DNA of 64,000 nucleotides from Chrysemys picta bellii (lineage: Eukaryota): positions 24,180,001 through 24,244,000 of the forward strand of contig NC_088810.1 of NCBI RefSeq assembly GCF_011386835.1, in the 5' to 3' direction. Position numbers and translations under genes: made by a program. Shown piece after piece: positions 33,828 to 47,500 of this stretch (position 1 is the first letter of the stretch; every line of letters begins with the position of its first letter). Under the pieces are notes generated by a model that was not told the origin of the DNA, made no database searches, and saw nothing but the letters and a program-made list of their open reading frames with translations.

Positions 33828-34679
33828 CCGCTGCCTGCGAGGGACCCCCAGCCGCAGATCATCTTCTCATGCCGCTTTGTGTTGTGCTGCACGTGCCTCC
33901 ACTTCCCCCGGGCAGGGTGCCAGGGTGGCTGGCAGTGGCCACGCTGCTCAGCAGAGCCCAGAGGAAGGGGGTGGTGATAGACGGTGGCAGGGCCAGCGTC
34001 TGCTCCAGGAGTCTGCCGCAGGGCTGGGGTCTCCTGCTGTCTCCAGGGCAGCCCCAGGTGCTGGGCACACCCCCTCCCCGGCAGCAGCACGGCCCTTTAG
34101 ACTACGGCAAGGGGGCCACAGCCTCCCCTGGCACCAGTTGGCCCTGCTGAGCCCCCACCACTCCCGGCCTTTAAGTCCCCCTAGCACTTGAGAGAGGGAC
34201 ACTTTGGAACATGGGGCCCTGCCAACAGGCTCCTACATCCAGCTGCGTGCAGCCTGAGCTGCCCTCCCCCCGCTGGCTCTATGCCCAGGGCCCCAGCCCT
34301 GCCAAGACCTAGGGCCATGTTTACCCCTGTCCTGCTGCTCCAGGGGTCACGACTTGCCCTGGTCCCTACAGCACTTTGCAGGCCTCAAGCTCCACGAGGG
34401 ATTCGGGTGCCTGAGCCCAGCCTCCCGCTCCTCCGACCACCCTGTTCCCAGAGGCCCTGCTCAGCCGAGACGGTGAAACCAGGGCTGCAGGTTTGTCTTG
34501 CTTTCAGTTGCTGCCTGCAGCCCCCTAGCTCCCCCAGCACACCTCGCCACCCAGCCCCACCTGGCCCCCTTGCCACCCAGCCAGACGCTTTGACCTCACA
34601 GCCAAACCAAACCACTGCTTTGAAAGGATTTTTAATGACATTCCTGGTTCCATTTGGTTTTGTAAAAGCCTTTTAAAAA

Positions 34680-34685
34680 AATAAA
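34680..34685 (+). terminator. Probable polyadenylation signal of the CART-like gene
   Basis: First AATAAA after the stop (~850 nt), in an AT-rich patch. Confidence 0.6.
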
Positions 34686-37318
34686 CCCCAACCGGTCGAG
34701 CTGAGCCAAGCGTGGCCACCTGCAGCCTCTGTCTAGCGGGCAGGTGACACCCCCCAGCGACCCGAGACCGCAGCGGGACTAGACTGGAGGGAGAGCAGAG
34801 GGGAGGATTCGAGCCAGCCTGTTCTTGGGAACCGCCAGGCCTGGGTGAGGGTCTGCCCCAGAGACCCCTGGCAGCACTGGGTCCCAGGTCACCAGCTCTG
34901 CAGCCTGGCACCAAGGGTCAGTCGCCTCAGCCCCACGGAGCAACTGAGCCCAGGGCTCGGCCCCGGCAGCACTAAGGAGACCGGAACAGGAGGGCTGCAG
35001 GTACCAGGGCGGGGGAGGGAGCCGTGAGCTGTAACTCTCCCCTTTGGGGAGCAGCAGGAGCTCTGCGGGGCTGGTCGGGCGCCTTCCTGGGCCAGTCCCA
35101 CAGGGAGCGACGCTAGCTGCACCGGGGGGACGGTTGTGGGGCGCTCTGCTGGGGGAGGTTGGAGGGTGCTGTACAGCAGTGCACGGGGCTGCTCTCCAGC
35201 GAGAGGGGGGAGCAGCTGGGCGCGTGGGAGGACATGCCCCCCCGGAGCAATGACATGGAACCTCCCTCAGCACAAGGGCAGCCCCAGGAGACAAGCCTGA
35301 ATCTCAGCTCCAGCGGCGCTCACGCTCCCCTCCCTGCCGATGTTTGGGGCGCCTGAGGGAGGGCTTGGCCCACTGCCCCTTCCATGCACCGGCCGGTAAC
35401 ACCCGGAGACAGGCCAGCTCATGGGGGGAGGGATGTTTAAATGGCGCTCCAGACCCCAGCCCAGCTCGCTCCGGCTGGGGCAGGAACAAGCAGGCTGCTG
35501 GGAAGTTCCTAAACACCCACGTCAGTCTCTTCTGTCCCCCTGCAGGGCTGCCCCGACCCTGCTGTGAGCCCGGGCAGCCCAGAGAACATGGCTGGGAGCT
35601 TCCACCCCCCTCACCGTTCCCGAGGTGCAGCCGGGACCGGCGACACTCAGCGCTTTAATCAACGTTACCCTAGGGAGTTTAGGAGGTGCTGGTCCCAGCC
35701 AGCGCTGGAGGGAACCCACCTGCAGGGGGCATGGCTCCCTGGTCTTTGAAGGGGGTAATTAGTGACAGCTGTGACATGGGCTCCCTGGCATGCTCAGATC
35801 ATTGCCCGCAGGATGGGACAGGAACACGGACCACTGAACTCAGACTGATGCCCATTACCAGCACCAGAGACCTCTCCTCCATCCCCTCCCATCACCCAGC
35901 CGGCCCCTGCACAGCAGGGCGCAGTGTGACAAGACACGTGGTTCCCGGGAGACTGGGCCGGCGGAGCGGGACTCAGCGCTGGGACTTACCCCGGGAGCTG
36001 GACACTGATCAAAGCCCTAAGCCCAGGGGACACCGCCAGGCCCCCGGGGCAAATCTTTGCCCTGCCTGTTGCTCCAGGCCCCCAGCTGGGAGAGACGCTG
36101 GTTTGGCCGGGACTTGCTGCCCTAGAACCGGGGTGACGGGGACATGAGGGAAGCGGCTAAGCTGGGCGTTCCTAGGAGGAAGGGCACATTGGTGCCCAGA
36201 GGCCTGGCTGAGCTCCCTCCACACCTGCAGGAGGCGCTGTGCTGGCAGGGGTAATAGCATCAGCCCAACACGGCTCCCGGGGAGGGGCAGCACCACTCCA
36301 GGACAGTGGCCAGCCCAGCAGTTTCCTACCACAGGGATCCCGGCAACCCCACAGGCAGCCGGGGGGAGCAGCTCCCCCATCCCCTGCAGGCGGCTGCATC
36401 ACGGGCAGGCAGTGCTGGTCACCGTGCCCACATCTCCCCTGATCCTGGCACTCGTTAAAGCAGAGCCATGGGGCTGGTCTAAGCTCAATGCAAACAGGCT
36501 GGACAAGCTTCGAGCCCCTCGTGCCCCCGGCACCAGCACGGAGCAGCAGGGAAGCGTGTGCCAGGACCTGGCCTGCTGCTCTGGGGTCATGGGACGGGTG
36601 CACCCAGGGCAGGGAGAGGGCTGGCCGGACTCCCTGAGCAGACAAGCCAGGTGCCCGGGACTACACGTCACCCTGAGGGAACGGAGGAGCCGCTCAGCCA
36701 GGCAGGGTCACGCTCCGCTCCGGCAGGAACTAGACAGCAAGTCCCCCCCAGCCTTCAGCCTGTATTAACCAACAGCCTCCCTCACTGCACCGGGCTGGAC
36801 AGCCAGCACAGCAGGGCACTGGCTGCCCAGAGGCAGCTCCTGCATCCAGGCTCAGGGTTTACTGTCTCAGAACCTGCGGAAGGAGGGGGGCTGCGTTAAT
36901 GCTGAGGGATGCAAGGTGGCAGCCCCCACTGGGCACACGCCCCATATCCCACCAGGAGCTGCCAGTCACAAAGGGACTCCTCGTGCGCACTGACGGCAGG
37001 AGAGAAGGGGCTAAGAAGGGATGGGACCCCAGCCCTCCTCATGGCAGGTGAGATGGACCGAGGGGAACCCCCAGCCGGCTGCTGAGTCTCCAAGGAGCAA
37101 GCCGAGTGGCGTTCGGCGTGGCTCTGAGTTGGCTGAACCACGCTCCCAAGCGGTCAGAGAGCTGCTCTCTGCCAGGACACAGCAGATCTCGGTCTCTGAC
37201 GCCAGTCTCCTCCTCCTGCAGCTCCCTGGAGCGGGAAAGGGGATTAGCATCCGTGCCCCAGTTCCCCACACAGGAGAGGAGGTGGGCAGCACCGGGGCTG
37301 CTGGGAGGTCGACAGATA

Positions 37319-39709
37319 CTAAATGGACTCGATCTGCTTGCGAACTTTCTCCAGGGCCTTCCTGTCCAGCACCCTCTGACGGCACATGACCAACAGGGCA
37401 AAGACCACAGCCACACAGATCATGGCCCCCTCGAACTTCCAGAAGCTGTGTGCTTCCGTCACCACGGAGCGGCAGCTGCAGAGAGAGGAGAGAGTCGACA
37501 GGGCTGGGATCGGAGCGCCGCACGGCTTGGCCAGCGGATTACAGGGGAGTCTGGCTGCAGTGGGCCCCATTATAGCCATGCTAGGTGCAGTCTCCTCCCC
37601 CCGCCCCCCGCCAAGCTGAGGTGCTCCGGATACAGCATGAAGCAGCCACGCCCAGGAGCCCAATGTGCCTCCCCGGGCTCTGTTCCAGTGAGCCCGGGCC
37701 GCCCCACACTGCGCCTGAGCCAAACCGAACTGCAGGGTCCCGGCCTTGGCTTACCTCCTGTACTCCTCCTTCTTGGACACGGCGCAGTTAATTTGCTCGA
37801 TGAAGCCAGTCGTGCTGCACTCGGGCATCGTCTTCTGCAATCAAACCAAACCCACTTTCACACACTCTGTGGGGCAGGCTGTCTCATTCCCCCTGCCAGC
37901 CCTGAGGGGTCTCTGCTCTGCGGGGCACAACAGCTGGTGTCCCCCCACCCACCCTGAGGGATCTTCAGGCTGACCCAGGCAGGGTGCATCCCATGCAGCA
38001 CTCCCCAAGCAAGGGGCCAGGGCAGGGTGTAACCACCAGCACTAGACAGCGAGCCCCCCACCCCCAGCCCTGCTACCCAGCTGCAGGGCAGTTCGTCTCC
38101 ACTTACTGCTTGGAAGATTGTGCATGGGGCACAATCCAGAACAACGACAAAGTCTTCTGCTTGCCAGCATGGAGTGGCCACCAGCGGGCTCACTGAGAAG
38201 AGAGGGGAGAGGGGTTCAGAGTCTGGGCCTGCAATCGGAGTGGCCAGGCTGCAGAGAGGAGGTGCCACTTTGGATAGAAGGGCAGACGACACCCAGGCAG
38301 AAGAAAGATTTGACTGTCAGCACTCGTCAGGTTTCCACTGAGTCTAACAAGCTTGTGAGTGACACTGACTGAGCCCCAGCAGAGCACATGCCAGGGCGGG
38401 GGGGGCCCCCCCAAGAAAAGTGTCTTTGATACTTTCTGGCCAACAGCCTCCCCCCATCCCTACGATGTCACCAAGGGAGTCTGGGTCAAACCCAAACTCA
38501 GTGTGGGGAGCCAGGAGCTCCAGGCTCTGCCCCCCGTGAGTCACCCACCCCCAGGCCCTGCCCCTAGGACTGCCCCTCACAGGAGAATTAGCGCATCTGG
38601 AGCATGTGCATCCTCATTGCAATGGGACTCTCTGCTGGGACTCTCAGTCCCACACAGAGGCCCCAGGGATAAACCCCACTGTGTGTGTGTGTGTGTGTGG
38701 GTGTGGCTGAGGACTTGCATTATGGCACCGCAGCTCGCCCCGGGGGGCTCAAGTGCGGGGGCTTTATCTCCAGGAAGAGCCGTGCTCCTGCCCTGACCCC
38801 GCAGCCAGTAAGAGCTCGGCAGGCCAGACGGGTGCCAGCTCTCCAGAAACCAGCCCCGCAACCATGGGCACATTAGCAGCGCCAGCTCCACTGCCCTGGC
38901 ACCCACCTGAGCGCTTGGCCTCACTCGACGCCGTCGCCTCTGCCAGCCTGCAAGGAATCAGAAAGGGGCCAGTGTAGTAAACCAGGGGGGCTCTCGGGAC
39001 CGAGCAAGGGGGCGGCTCCACCCCAGGGCCCTGCCCAGCCAGGGGGCCAGGGCCGCTCACAGGCTGCCAAAGCCACGGGGGCTTCGCCCGGCTAAACCCT
39101 CAGCCCCTGCCCCGCACCTGCGGGGCCTCCAGCGCCAGGCCCCGGCTCCCCACGGCCAGAGGGTGGCTCCGTGGGGGGGTCAGGCGGGGGGCCCAGCTGG
39201 GTGGCACAGGCCAGGGGGGGTCCAGGCGGGGGGGCGAGGGGGGGCAGGGCAGGCAGAGCTCCCAGCGGGAAGGGGTCGGGGCAGGGCGGCAGCGGGGGGT
39301 CCAGGCGGGAGAGGTCGGGGGGGCTCCCATTGGGGGGGCCCGGGCAGGGCAGCAGCAGGGGGGGCCCGGGGCAGGCGGGGCTCCCAGAGCAGGGCCGGGC
39401 GGGGGCTCCAGGGGGGGTCGGGGGGGCTCCCAGCGGGGGGGCTCCCATCGGGGGGGCTCCAGGGGGGGTCGGGGCAGGGCGGCAGCGGGGGGGTCGGGGC
39501 AGGCGGGGCTCCCAGCGGGGGGGGTTCAGGGGGGGTCGGGGCAGGGCGGCAGCGGGGGGGCTCCCAGCGGGGCCGGGCGGGGGGGCCCCAGGGGGGGGGT
39601 CGGGGCAGGCCGGCAGCGGGGGGGTCTCCCCGGGCCCCGCTCACCTGAGGCTCCAGGCCAGGGCGCCGAGCGCGAGCAGGACGCAGCGCCCCAGCGCGCG
39701 CGGCTCCAT
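37319..39709 (-). CDS. JTB: Jumping translocation breakpoint protein, 142 aa; complement(join(37319..37475,37755..37834,38107..38192,38907..38947,39645..39709))
   Basis: Signal peptide MEPRALGRCVLLALGALAWSL; PCWQAEDFVV..CAPC, ECSTTGFIEQINC, FWKFEGAMICVAVVFALLV TM and RQRVLDRKALEKVRKQIESI C-terminus match JTB. Phases 2, 1, 0, 2 are consistent. Confidence 0.95.
39160..39625. repeat. G-run-rich degenerate repeat (GGGGGGCTCCCAGCGGGGG / GGGGCAGGGCGGCAGC) in JTB intron 1
   Basis: Repeated G5-G9 tracts. Confidence 0.75.
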
Positions 39710-41518
39710 GGCGACGGGGGGGTCCCGACCTCGCTCTCACCCGCCTCGCCCTGCTCGCGGCGCCACCATCTTGGCCTGCGCGGGGCCTTCTGGGAGCTGC
39801 CAGCGAGAGGCGGGGCCAGAGTGGCGATGGCGGCGCGGGGCATGACGGGAAGGGCGCAGGCTGCGGGAGGATTCCAGGGGCTGGCGGGGGCGGGGCCTGG
39901 CTGGGGGCGTGGTCTATGGGGCAGCCCCCTGGAGCTGGGGAATCCGCTCCCCCCATAGCTGGGGGTCTCGGCCCCTCAGGGTTGGGTGCAGCACCCTCCC
40001 CCCCCGGGCAGGATCGGGGCCGGCCCAGCCCCCAGGACGGGCGAGCGGTTGGGGGGGGGGGGCAGCCCCCTGACCCCCGGCTCAGCCCCAGACCTGAGCC
40101 AGCCACGGACCCGGGACCCCCAGGCCTGGCGCTGCCCACGGGGTCCCCGTTCCTTCCCCGCACTGGACCCCGCTGGCCGGGGCAAGGCCGGGACGAGCTG
40201 CCCCCGTGTGCCCCATGCCCCGGGGGAGACGCTGCTCCGAGGGCCTGGGGGCAAGATGGGCAGGAGCCCCCCCGGCAGAGCACTCGCCTCATTCTTGTCC
40301 TGCCCTGGTCCCTGCAGGCAGCTCTGGGCCAGGGCCCGTCCCACCCCGTCAGCCCACGGAGTCTCCTTGGCCCAAGCAAGCCTGCGCTGGGGTGGGGGCG
40401 AGAGCCGCTGCCGTGGGCCTGGCCAGGGGGGCTCCTGTCTTAGGGTGCTGGGAGCCAGAGGCCAGGGGCTGCCCCGCAGAGGGCACTGCAGGCAGCCGGC
40501 CTCACGGCGCAGGTCACATGGCAAACACGACGCTGTGCAGCTCGAAGGCTTTTCTCTTCCCCCAGCAGAAGCTGGTTCAATAAACGGTCTGAGCTCGCCC
40601 AGCCTGGCTCTGGGGACTGCAGCTGCCTTGGTGGGGGTTGGACAGGCCGGCCAGGAGCACAAGACCCAGGACAGGAAACCAAAGGGACACAGGTGCTCGT
40701 TTTCATGGGCTCAGCTGAGAGAGGCCCAGGAGAACAGCAGAGCCCGTGTGGAGCAGGGGCTGAAATTTGCCCTTTAAGGCTCTTTGCGTCGATGGTCTCG
40801 GGCACATGCAGCAGGGCAGCCCCACCCCAGCCCCGGCGCTGCCCACAGTCGGTGCTGGCAAAGAAACACCCTGGAGCCGAGAGCAAAGGCACAAGCTGGG
40901 GCTTTATATTGTTAATTACATGGCGCCGGGCGCCCGAGGCACGCAGGGGGCTCTGCCGGCCCCTGGCAGCGGAGACGCTGGGCCCCACGTTGGGCTTGGG
41001 GGCCCTGGGTTTTCAGACAGTCATTCCTATGTGTGATGGAGCAGCCAGTCCTATATACAGGGTTTGCCTGGACCCCGGGGGACCCGCCGGCTGGTTTGGG
41101 AGAAGGGATCCCGGCTTCCCAGGGCTTCGACTCAACGCGCCCCTGGGAGCAACAAGCGGCTGCAGCATGGCCAGTCTCCCCCGCATCACTGCCCTCTCCC
41201 TTGCCCTTCCTCTCTGCAGCCCCCCTCTTCTCCAGCTCCTCCCTCCCCGCTCTGCTCCCCTCCCCAAATCAGCCTGCAGGTCACCTCCCGTTCCTCCTCT
41301 CTCGGAGCACACGAGCAGCCGGAAGATTGACTGGCCCCTTCGGAGACCCCAGCTCCGGAGCTCAGCTCTGCCCAGCCGCAGGGAGCTGCCCGGCCCATGC
41401 TGTCACAGAGGAACAGGAGAGTGGCAGAAGGGAGAGGAGTGACACAGTGGCACTACATGCTCCGGCGTGGCGCCCGGGAGGGGTGGCACCCTGGGGTGCT
41501 CCTGCGGCGTGGCTGCTG

Positions 41519-44500
41519 CTAGACCACGGCGCATTTACTGCTGCTTTTCTTTGGAGAACTTTTCAAGTCCAGGTTCCCTTTGGGGATTTTACCCTGAAAG
41601 AGAGAGTGAGCCAGTCACTGTCGGGTGCCCTTGCAGCCCGGGGTCACTCAGTGGGGGCACTCTCCTCTGAGCCAGGGCGGGCCCCATGCCCCAGGATGGG
41701 CTCCCTATGAGTAGTGTGACTGTGCCAATGCCCCGACAGGGCACTAGGGGGCGCTGTGCTGCTGGGAGTGCGGTCTGGGGTCTGGCTTCGCCACCAGGGG
41801 TCATTAAAGATCCCAAATTACTGCCCTGGCCATGTTCCAATGCAGGGTGTTCCCATCAGCCTTAGATACCGTAGCCTCACCAGCGTCCTGGCCTGGCCTG
41901 CTGTATAGCACGGCAGTGTGATGGTTAAACAGCTTTTGCGCCCCACTCCAGAGGCAGCTGCATCTCAGCACCAGACGAGGGATCCCTGTAGAACCAGTCC
42001 CCATGCCCCACCCCAGAGGTGGCTGCATCTCAGCACCAGACGAGGGATCCCTGTAGAACCAGTCCCCACGCCCCACCCCAGAGGTGGCTGCATCTCAGCA
42101 CCAGACGAGGGATCCCTGTAGAACCAGTCCCCACGCCCCACCCCAGAGGTGGCTGCATCTCAGCCCCAGGGGAGGGAAGTGCTGGAGAAAAGCAAGATCA
42201 TTCACAGGGAAAGGCAGATTCATGCTGCTTTTCTGTCCCCATCTCAACGCCTCCTGCTGGAAGGAGGCCGAGCTGCGCAGGTCACCTCTAACTCAGGGGG
42301 CTCCCTAGCCCGCCTGGACCCCGCATGCTCACCAGTTTCTTGGTGGATTTCAGCAGGATGTCCTGGGCCAGGGTGTTGAAGGCCTGAGGGGAGAGAGGAG
42401 CAGGTTACGGAAGGCCAGCCAGGGACACTGGGGTGGGGGCTGTGAGCTGGCTGGGGGAGGGGACGCTTAGCAGTGGGAAACAAAAGCCTCTGGGTGAATC
42501 TTAGCGTCCCCCTCTCCCCGCTTCCATGGGAGCATATGGGGAGGACCTGCCTGTGGGCCAGAGGTCCCGAGGGTGGGTCTCACAGCTTCACTGGAGCCCC
42601 CCACTCAGTCCATTCCAGGGATGGGCAAGAGATCTGCCTGGGGTCCTCCTACAGCCCAGATACTGAGAGAGACCTCTCTTCCCTCCCCAGGGGCACTGCA
42701 CCACCCACCACCCAGCCCCTGGCAGCAGCCCTCCTGGGCCGGCCTGGGGGCTGCTTCTCCCAGGCTGCCCCTAGGCAGTGAGCGCCCAGTGCAGGGGGCT
42801 GGAGGCACAACGGGGCAGGGCCCAGGGACCTCGGGGAGTCGTCCCCTGGGAGGGAGCCAGGTCCCACTCCGCTTACCTCCTCCACATTCACACTGGACTT
42901 GGCACTGGTCTCAAAGAACCGGATCCCATGTTCCTTTGCGAGCTGCCAGGAGAGAAAGGGACCTTTGAGCCAGGCACCCACAGCCCCCCCGACCTCCTTC
43001 CCTCTCGCTAATGGCCGAGACCCAGCACAGCTGCCCCTCCATCCCGGGGAGACACAATCACGGCCTCAGAGACACCCCAGGACGGGGGTGAGATGGGAGG
43101 AGCAAGGCCTGGCCCTTGGGACTCTGCTGCATTCAGCACCGCTGGGGGCTGCCACCCTGTGCCCAGCTGTCCCCACCCCCCGATCCAGCCATGAATGACA
43201 GTGGCACTCGTGCCACCGACCTGAGGTCCCCTCCCGCCCCCCCGTACCTTCTCTGCACTCTCCCGCTGCACCTTGCGCTTGGTCTCCATGTCACACTTGT
43301 TCCCCAGGAGGAGGCGCTCCACCCCCGCAGAAGCGTTCTGGAGGAGAGAGCAGATCTGGGGGAGATCAACCCCTGGGCCCCGAGCCCACCATCCATCCCC
43401 CCTCTGAGTCCCCCTTCAGCCATCCTCCAGGTACCCCCACCCCTCCCTCACATCCCCAACCGGCCCCCAGTCCTGCATTCGCCACGGTCACAACTCTGCC
43501 GGCGCCCCTTGCTCCTGACCCGCAGCCCCCATCCGCCAGCGCCCCTCACTCCCGACCCGCAGCCCCCATCCGCCAGCGCCCCTCACTCCCGACCCGCAGC
43601 CCCCTGCCCCCATCCGCCTCCGCCGGCGCCCCTCACTCCCGACCCGCAGCCCCCTGCCCCCATCCGCCTCCGCCAGCGCCCCTCACTCCCGACCCGCAGC
43701 CCCCTGCCGCCATCCGCCTCCGCCGGCGCCCCTCACTCCCGACCCGCAGCCCCCATCCGCCTCCGCCAGCGCCCCTCACTCCCGACCCGCAGCCCCCTGC
43801 CCCCATCCGCCTCCGCCGGCGCCCCTCACTCCCGACCCGCAGCCCCCTGCCCCCATCCGCCTCCGCCTCCGCCCCTCACTCCCGACCCGCAGCCCCCTGC
43901 CCCCATCCGCCTCCGCCCCTCACTCCCGACCCGCAGCCCCCTACCCCCATCCGCCTCCGCCGGCGCCCCTCACTCCCGACCCGCAGCCCCCTACCCCCAT
44001 CCGCCTCCGCCGGCGCCCCTCACTCCCGACCCGCAGCCCCCTGCCCCCATCCGCCTCCGCCCCTCACTCCCGACCCGCAGCCCCCTACCCCCATCCGCCT
44101 CCGCCGGCGCCCCTCACTCCCGACCCGCAGCCCCCTACCCCCATCCGCCTCCGCCGGCGCCCCTCACTCCCGACCCGCAGCCCCCTGCCCCCATCCGCCT
44201 CCGCCCCTCACTCCCGACCCGCAGCCCCCTGCCCCCATCCGCCTCCGCCGGCGCCCCTCACTCCCGACCCGCAGCCCCCTGCCCCCATCCGCCTCCACCG
44301 GCGCCCCTCACTCCCGACCCGCAGCCCCCTGCCCCCATCCACCTCCGCCGGCGCCCCTCACTCCCGACCCGCAGCCCCCTGCCCCCATCCGCCTCCGCCC
44401 CTCACTCCCGACCCGCAGCCCCCATCCGCCTCCGCCCCTCACTCCCGACCCGCAGCCCCCTGCCCCCATCCACCTCCGCCCCTCACTCCCGACCCGCAGC

Positions 44501-47500
44501 CCCCTGCCCCCATCCGCCTCCGCCGGCGCCCCTCACTCCCGACCCGCAGCCCCCTACCCCCATCCGCCTCCGCCGGCGCCCCTCACTCCCGACCCGCAGC
44601 CCCCTGCCCCCATCCGCCTCCGCCCCTCACTCCCGACCCGCAGCCCCCATCCGCCTCCGCCCCTCACTCCCGACCCGCAGCCCACTGCCCCCATCCACCT
44701 CCGCCCCTCACTCCCGACCCGCAGCCCCCTGCTAGCCCAGCCTTGAACAACTTGTAACCCCACATAACACCTCATGTGGGTGGTGACCAGACCATGGCCC
44801 TGGCACAGCCCCCCCCCCCCCCCCCCCCCGCACCTCCTTGATGCTCTTCATCCAGTTCTGGATGTTCTCGAAGGATTTCTCATCCGTGATGTCGTAGACG
44901 AGGATGATTCCCTGGAAGAGACGCTCGCTCAGTGGGGCTGGACCCGGGCTCTAGGCCCCTGCTAGCCTGGCCCTCAGCAGTGCCCAGAAGCCCCCCAATG
45001 GTTAATGGAGCAGCTTGGACCGAGCACCTCCCACCCCCGTCGCCTGGCAGGGGCCCGGGCCCCAGATCCTCCGGATGGCCCACCAGAGTCCCAGGCTAGC
45101 CCCACTCCCTCCAGTGGGGCCCACTGAGATAGAGGCACTGCCCTACTCCCAGCTGCACTGTCGGGGGGGGGACATGGGCTTCTCTGAGCCCCCACATTCC
45201 CCTCCCTGCTTGGCAGGTGCCTGCTGCCAGGAGCACTGCGCCAGACTCCCCTTCCTGGGGCTTCTGGGCCCTATTCCCAGCTCGGCCACGGGGGTGCCCT
45301 GGCAAGGCTGGGCCCAGCGCCGTACCATGGCTCCTCGGTAATACGCCGTCGTGATGGTTTTAAACCTCTCCTGTCCTGCCGTGTCCCTGCGAGAGAGGAG
45401 GGGAAAGGGGGTCACTGGGGTCAGCAGCGTCTCCAACCCCAAGGGCTGCCCTGGGATCCATGGGGGGAGTGGGGGGATTCCTGGGGCAACCACCCTGCCC
45501 TGGGGGACCCTGGTTCTGCCTCCACGGCTGACCCAGCCTCGGCCCCCCTGCCCAGGAGGACGACAGGCGCTGGTTGCTGCTCCGTGGGGTGGGGGCGGAC
45601 TGGCGACCCGCAGCAGGGCACAGCCGCCATCCATGGGGCTGCCAGGCCCTGAACCGGCAGCCCAGTGCGGGCAGGCTCCGGATCCCCCCTTCCCAGCCCC
45701 GGGGCCATGGCAGTACCCCCCAGCCCGCCCCTGGCCCTGCAGGTGCTAGGCAGGGCTCTAGCTGTGGTGCGGCTGGAGACGGGGGCTGGGGGTAGCTTTG
45801 CTGGGGACGGGGTCCCACTTACCAGACCTGGAGTTTGATCTTTTTCCCCTCAATTTCCACTGTCCGGATTTTGAAGTCGATCCCTGGAACACAAGACGGT
45901 TGACGCCATCAGAGCCGCAAGGGGAGGGTCCAGGGGCCCCGGCACGACCCCCACCCCGGGGCCAGGCCAACAGCAGCGCTGGCCTGGGGTGACTGGACTC
46001 ACACCTGCCCCCAGCACAGGCTGTGTTGGGGTGGGGTGGGGGGCGGGGATGGGCCAGCCTGGGGCTGTATTCCCACTCTCCTGTCCTGCAATATTCACCC
46101 TTCCCCCAAACCCAATCCAGCCCCCAGCCCCCCCCCCCGCACATCTCCGGTCTCCCAGCAACAACCTGACGCCCCAGGGAGCAAAGTCCAAGGCGGGTGC
46201 CCCCCCGCAGTGAATAAACAGGCTGCAAGCGGGTGGGAGCGCAGAGCCCTTGGTCTCCCGCAGCAGCCGCTCAGGCGGACGGGCCGAGGATTCCTGAGCC
46301 TGGCATCACGCCCACACCCCCCACTGTCCCGCTATTGTCTGGCTGGCTGCACATGGCGGCGGGGTGGGGGGAGCCAGACAGACGGAGCCCCCCCAGCCTG
46401 TCCCTGCCCAGACCCTCCCTGCCAGGGACGCTGCATGTTGGGTAGGGGGGCCGCCCTCGCGGGGGGCAGGTTCCTGCCCCGTTTCCCAGGGCGGGCAGAG
46501 GAATGACGCAGCCCCGACCCCACTCTCAGCCTGGCACCAGGGACCCCACATGCAGCATCCCTGGTGCCCCCCCCCCCGCCCCAGCACCATGGAGCAGGCT
46601 GCAGCCCCTCGCAGGCTCAGGACGGGGGCAGCTCCAAGCAGCCCCCCAGGGGAGGAGATTTGTGGTCAGTGGGGTTCGGAGTTTCCAATGGAGATTAAAG
46701 ATTGCAGCCCCCGCCCCCCAATGACTTCCAGCCCCACTGCCCCGCCCCTCTCCAGCCCTGCTCCCAGGCATCACCCCCGGACCCCCGGCACACGAGGTGC
46801 ATTTGGAGCTGTCTCCCAGGGCACGGAGCTGGGCTGGAGCCAGTCGGGGGCAGTCCTGCCTGAGCAGCTCTGTGGGGCTGGCAGCAAGAGGGCCCCCTTG
46901 CAGATGGAGACGCCCCAGAACCACAGCGGGCAGAGATCCGGGTAGTCCTACATGGAGTGAGGCTGATCTACACGACCTGGCCCTCAGACCCTAGTGACGG
47001 GGGGCCCGGGGAGGGGTCTGTGGAGCCAGGGCTGCCCTGGCAGCCAGAAACAGACCAACCGGGGGCTCTTGAAGCCCTCGGGAGATGGGGCCAAGGGTTT
47101 GGCTCTGTCCCTGCAACTCCCATGGGAAGCCCCGGCAGCCCAGGCCGGCTGCACCCTCCCGCCTGCCCCCGGAAGCTCTTGCCATGCGGGGGTTTGCAGA
47201 CCTCGCCGCTCACGGCCAGGAGGCAGAATGTGACCGGCCCAGAGGCCTGGCTATAGTTCGGGGTCCCCACCCGCCGGCCCGGCCTGCACAGGCAGGACAA
47301 GTGGCTGCGAAGCGGAGCTGGGAACAGAGGCCTCGGGGGTGGGAGGGGACTTCCTGCCAGCAGCTGGGGCACATCCCCACCGACCCACTGGGACTGGGGC
47401 GAGCTGGAGCAGTGGAATTCCCCGCCGGGCGCCCCGAGCGCAGGAGCCTGTGTGTGAGGCACACGGATGCGTCAGGCTGTTTACGGCTCTATAAGCACCG

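Noticed and set aside
34900-36700. Possible extra gene between the CART-like gene and JTB (acceptor at 35545, minus-strand donor near 35988)
   Set aside because: Isolated splice-like signals with no coherent exon chain or recognisable protein.
43116-44735. 539-aa Pro-rich ORF
   Set aside because: Translation of the C-rich array in RAB13 intron 4, on the wrong strand.
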